A stretch of DNA of 62,458 nt, the filler included, from Globobulimina sp. (Eukaryota): NCBI GenBank assembly GCA_003354225.1. It is 33 parts of 33 records of this genome, joined end to end, with 100 filler letters (N's around TTAATTAATTAA, not from the genome) between each part and the next. Parts side by side here need not be neighbours in the genome. Positions count along the whole stretch, not along the records: positions 58,769 to 60,563 come from PIVH01011864.1; positions 60,664 to 62,458 come from PIVH01011865.1; 31 more parts are not named here. One strand, 5' to 3'. Of the stretch, positions 59,706 to 62,458 are shown piece after piece. How positions within the stretch are numbered: position 1 is the stretch's first letter; the number at the start of each line of letters is the position of its first letter. A program made the position numbers and the translations under genes. The notes under the pieces were generated by a model. It ran no database searches, was not told where the DNA came from, and worked only from the letters and a program-made list of their open reading frames with translations.

Positions 59706-60557
59706 ATGCTTTTATCTCAAAATTCTCAATTTGTCAGAAATGTTAACGTTAGCTTTGCAGTGATTATTATTTTTGTAATTTGTGTATTACTACTAACTGT
59801 ATATTACATCGATGGAACCTCATTCATCCCAAAAGGATGGATAATATTGACATCGATATCAACAACAAATTCAACAATTGGCCACAATGAATCACCACAA
59901 TCATCAGAATTAAATATATCACAATCATCAGAACAATACAATGGATTATCACAATTGCCATTGATGCCCTTAAATGCCAAAGAATTGAATAAAACGAAGT
60001 GTTTGGATCACACAATTAAAGTTAAAGGACATTTTGGTCCATCTCATATATTCGTAAAATCAAAATTAATCATATTAATCACTGCAAAAACAGGATCTTC
60101 ATTTTTTAAACAAAATTTACTAAAACCATTAAATGAATCTCTTCCGCATAACTCAAAAATACATCAAATTTGGCACGATGCAAGCATTGATTTTGTGCAA
60201 TATTTTTGCAATCCTAAATATAAGAAAATAATGGTATATAGGGATCCGATGGAACGATTATTGAGTGGATATTTGGATAAATGCACTGAAAATAATTATA
60301 AATACAGATCAAAAATTTGGCATAAGCATTGTCAACAATATCTATTATCAGTTGGCATTGACATACTATATTTAAGAAAATATAAAATCAGTAAACAAAA
60401 ATTAATGTTTTTGAATCGCAATAATACATTGAAAAAATTCATTGAATGGATATTTGATACATATTCTCAAGAAAATGATACTTTGAGTTTTGATGTGGAT
60501 CCTCATTTTTTTTTTAGATTATTTTCACGAAAATTGGAATTATTTTCATTTGAATGA
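59706..60557 (+). CDS. Golgi carbohydrate sulfotransferase (Sulfotransfer_2 family)
   Basis: Type II TM anchor, 5'-PSB ITAKTGSSFFK, 3'-PB VYRDPMERLLSGYLDK, DPHF; the 3' end is probably affected by a poly-T indel. Confidence 0.88.
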   Translation: MLLSQNSQFVRNVNVSFAVIIIFVICVLLLTVYYIDGTSFIPKGWIILTSISTTNSTIGHNESPQSSELNISQSSEQYNGLSQLPLMPLNAKELNKTKCLDHTIKVKGHFGPSHIFVKSKLIILITAKTGSSFFKQNLLKPLNESLPHNSKIHQIWHDASIDFVQYFCNPKYKKIMVYRDPMERLLSGYLDKCTENNYKYRSKIWHKHCQQYLLSVGIDILYLRKYKISKQKLMFLNRNNTLKKFIEWIFDTYSQENDTLSFDVDPHFFFRLFSRKLELFSFE

Positions 60558-60663
60558 TGCAAANNNNNNNNNNNNNNNNNNNNNNNNNNNNNNNNNNNNN
60601 NNNNNNNTTAATTAATTAANNNNNNNNNNNNNNNNNNNNNNNNNNNNNNNNNNNNNNNNNNNN

Positions 60664-61197
60664 GTTGAGGTGGAATGGAGTGACATCGATGAGGATGAGA
60701 GCGAGATTGGTAATTCTTCGATTTTTGAAAGATTTGAACCAATGGAAACGAATTCGAGTTTGATGCCAAAGCGTATCACAAATAAAGAGTTAATTAAAAA
60801 CCCGATGAAATTCTGCGGATTTAAACATAATGGGAATAATAATCGGAATATTCGGAATAAATTGAATGGAAATAAGAAGAAACGAAAAAGATCAGCCAAA
60901 GTGGCGTGGAGCGATGCGGAGATCGGTGCAGTGATTGAAGGCTATGCGAAATATAAACAATATGAGAATGTACCCATTGGCAAACCAGGGATATGGGCGT
61001 ATACGATGAGAGATATTAAATTAGGCAAAATACTGAGCAAAAATAACAGAAGCAACCAAAATCTTTGTGATAAATGGCGACATTTAAATGACAAAAATGA
61101 TCATAGAATTCAACATTTAATTGGTACAAATATTAAAAATGAGAAAGTTTCACCAAAGAAAAAAATGCCAAAATTACCTACTAAACCTATTCCTTAG
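60664..61197 (+). CDS. Protein with a C-terminal telobox-type Myb domain (TRF/TBF-like), 5' partial
   Basis: WSDAEIGAVIEGYAKY..GIW..RSNQNLCDKWRHL (telobox consensus LKDKWRNL). Confidence 0.75.
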   Translation, partial: VEVEWSDIDEDESEIGNSSIFERFEPMETNSSLMPKRITNKELIKNPMKFCGFKHNGNNNRNIRNKLNGNKKKRKRSAKVAWSDAEIGAVIEGYAKYKQYENVPIGKPGIWAYTMRDIKLGKILSKNNRSNQNLCDKWRHLNDKNDHRIQHLIGTNIKNEKVSPKKKMPKLPTKPIP

Positions 61198-61327
61198 TTT
61201 TTGTTTGTTTTTATTATTTTCACAAATGTACTCTATCATTATCCGTTGCTTTGATGGTTTGTTTTAATAATTAACTTTCAAAAAAAAAGATGCAACAAAA
61301 AAAAATTGATTTCTTAAAGTTTTTATA

Positions 61328-62458
61328 TTATATCAATGGCGCCAACTCACTGGCATCTACACATTTATTTTGTTCTTTTCTTCCCGTTTTGAATTTGACC
61401 CAAAAGAAACACAACTTAATAATGCCAACCATAATAATACCAATCATTGAGACTGATAATAAACTGAATGTAAAATACCGTTTCGTTGATATTTGCTTTG
61501 CATTACAAGCGTCTACAATGTCAATATAAGATTGAAATATATCGGGCCATGATAATTCTTGGTCATTATTACTTTCTTTTGAATATTCAGCCATTTGCTG
61601 CCAAGATACGTGATACGTTTTCTGTGTCTCACAATCATAACTTTCAATCTGTGCCAAGGTCCCTTGTTTATCCAATTCAATTTCATCAGGATTCATTTTA
61701 ATATATTTATCAATATTATCTTTCGAAAATAATCGTTGCAATAAACCATCAACAATGTCTGGATATACATTCGCTACGTTGCACGCTTCAATTTTATCCG
61801 TAGATATTTTAAATAACATTATTTCGTCATATTCAAATACCTCTTCGTCCACCAAACCATTTAAAATATAATCATCGAAACACGCAGATTCAACCAAATC
61901 GTACAAACCATCAACTTTCATATTTTCATATATTTCCTGTGGTGGCATCATAGAGTACGAATTATCGTACTTTACCCAATATTTATTGCTCACAAATTCA
62001 ACAAATGACACACTTGCATTGACCACAAGCTTCCAATCATTTGTGCGAATATACGATGCTTTGTATCCTTCATCAATATCATTTATATCATTCATTTCAA
62101 AATGAATAATTTCATCCCTTCCGTCTACGCCATATTCATCCATATCGATATCACTTCCATCAATGCCACAAATACCAAGCCACAAATTGTTACTATCGCC
62201 GTCATCAAAACCATCCAAAGGAATGCCCGCAACGCCATGAATAATAGTACTCCACCAATCCGATATATGCATCATTTGATTGTATTCACCATGTTTGCGA
62301 TCACAATTTTTATCAACAAAACCTCCATAAACAATGGCCGGAGTTCTTATCCCTCCCTCAAATGTTGAGCCTTTCGCTCCCCGTAAAGGTAATGTTTGAC
62401 CATAACCTTTTGGCAGATTTATACTATTTTGCCAGTTTGGATTTGGTCCATTGTCACT
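61328..62458 (-). CDS. Arylsulfatase B/I/J-like sulfatase C-terminal part with a TM anchor; runs off the window
   Basis: SDNGP, PLRGAKGSTFEGGIRTPAIV, MMHISDWWSTI, PLDG, WKLV; C-terminal TM helix. Confidence 0.9.
   Translation of the reverse strand, partial: SDNGPNPNWQNSINLPKGYGQTLPLRGAKGSTFEGGIRTPAIVYGGFVDKNCDRKHGEYNQMMHISDWWSTIIHGVAGIPLDGFDDGDSNNLWLGICGIDGSDIDMDEYGVDGRDEIIHFEMNDINDIDEGYKASYIRTNDWKLVVNASVSFVEFVSNKYWVKYDNSYSMMPPQEIYENMKVDGLYDLVESACFDDYILNGLVDEEVFEYDEIMLFKISTDKIEACNVANVYPDIVDGLLQRLFSKDNIDKYIKMNPDEIELDKQGTLAQIESYDCETQKTYHVSWQQMAEYSKESNNDQELSWPDIFQSYIDIVDACNAKQISTKRYFTFSLLSVSMIGIIMVGIIKLCFFWVKFKTGRKEQNKCVDASELAPLI

Noticed and set aside
1-62458. Multi-gene systems spanning spacers, e.g. 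L1 RT next to the hammerhead contig, sulfotransferase next to sulfatase, HMGCS next to ADK/PhyH
   Set aside because: Contigs are concatenated by length with an artificial linker, so adjacency across N spacers is not biological linkage.

Overview
This window is not one locus. It is 33 unrelated short contigs (about 1795-1797 bp each, in decreasing length order) joined by an artificial 100-nt spacer (N44-TTAATTAATTAA-N44, stops in all six frames), so adjacency across a spacer means nothing. Most contigs are AT-rich, gene-dense eukaryotic DNA with short (about 58-90 nt) GT-AG introns. The protein repertoire (caspase-like DACRG protease, many SAM/RING/kelch/RCC1/SPRY proteins, PTxxPT stalks) suggests a foraminiferan or other rhizarian; this is an inference. 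Recognisable genes: HMG-CoA synthase, adenylate kinase, PhyH dioxygenase, ChaC, APT1/LYPLA, ABCB transporter, ASCC2, PDS5, NTPDase, SLC35F, SLC6/NSS, Obg GTPase, sulfotransferase, arylsulfatase, telobox-Myb and a TmpA-like oxidoreductase. Several contigs look animal-derived and mobile: BEL/Pao gag with LTR, hAT, L1/Tx1, and a Maverick/Polinton whose integrase and minor capsid genes carry nematode-style 44-46 nt introns. The most striking signal is at 13281-13366: a hammerhead ribozyme with an intact catalytic core whose strands are in a non-circularly permuted order. Other highlights are an operon-like ChaC-ADK-PhyH trio, a transmembrane caspase-like protein, and a shared F-box/SOCS-like motif. 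All calls come from manual motif reading; no searches were run.
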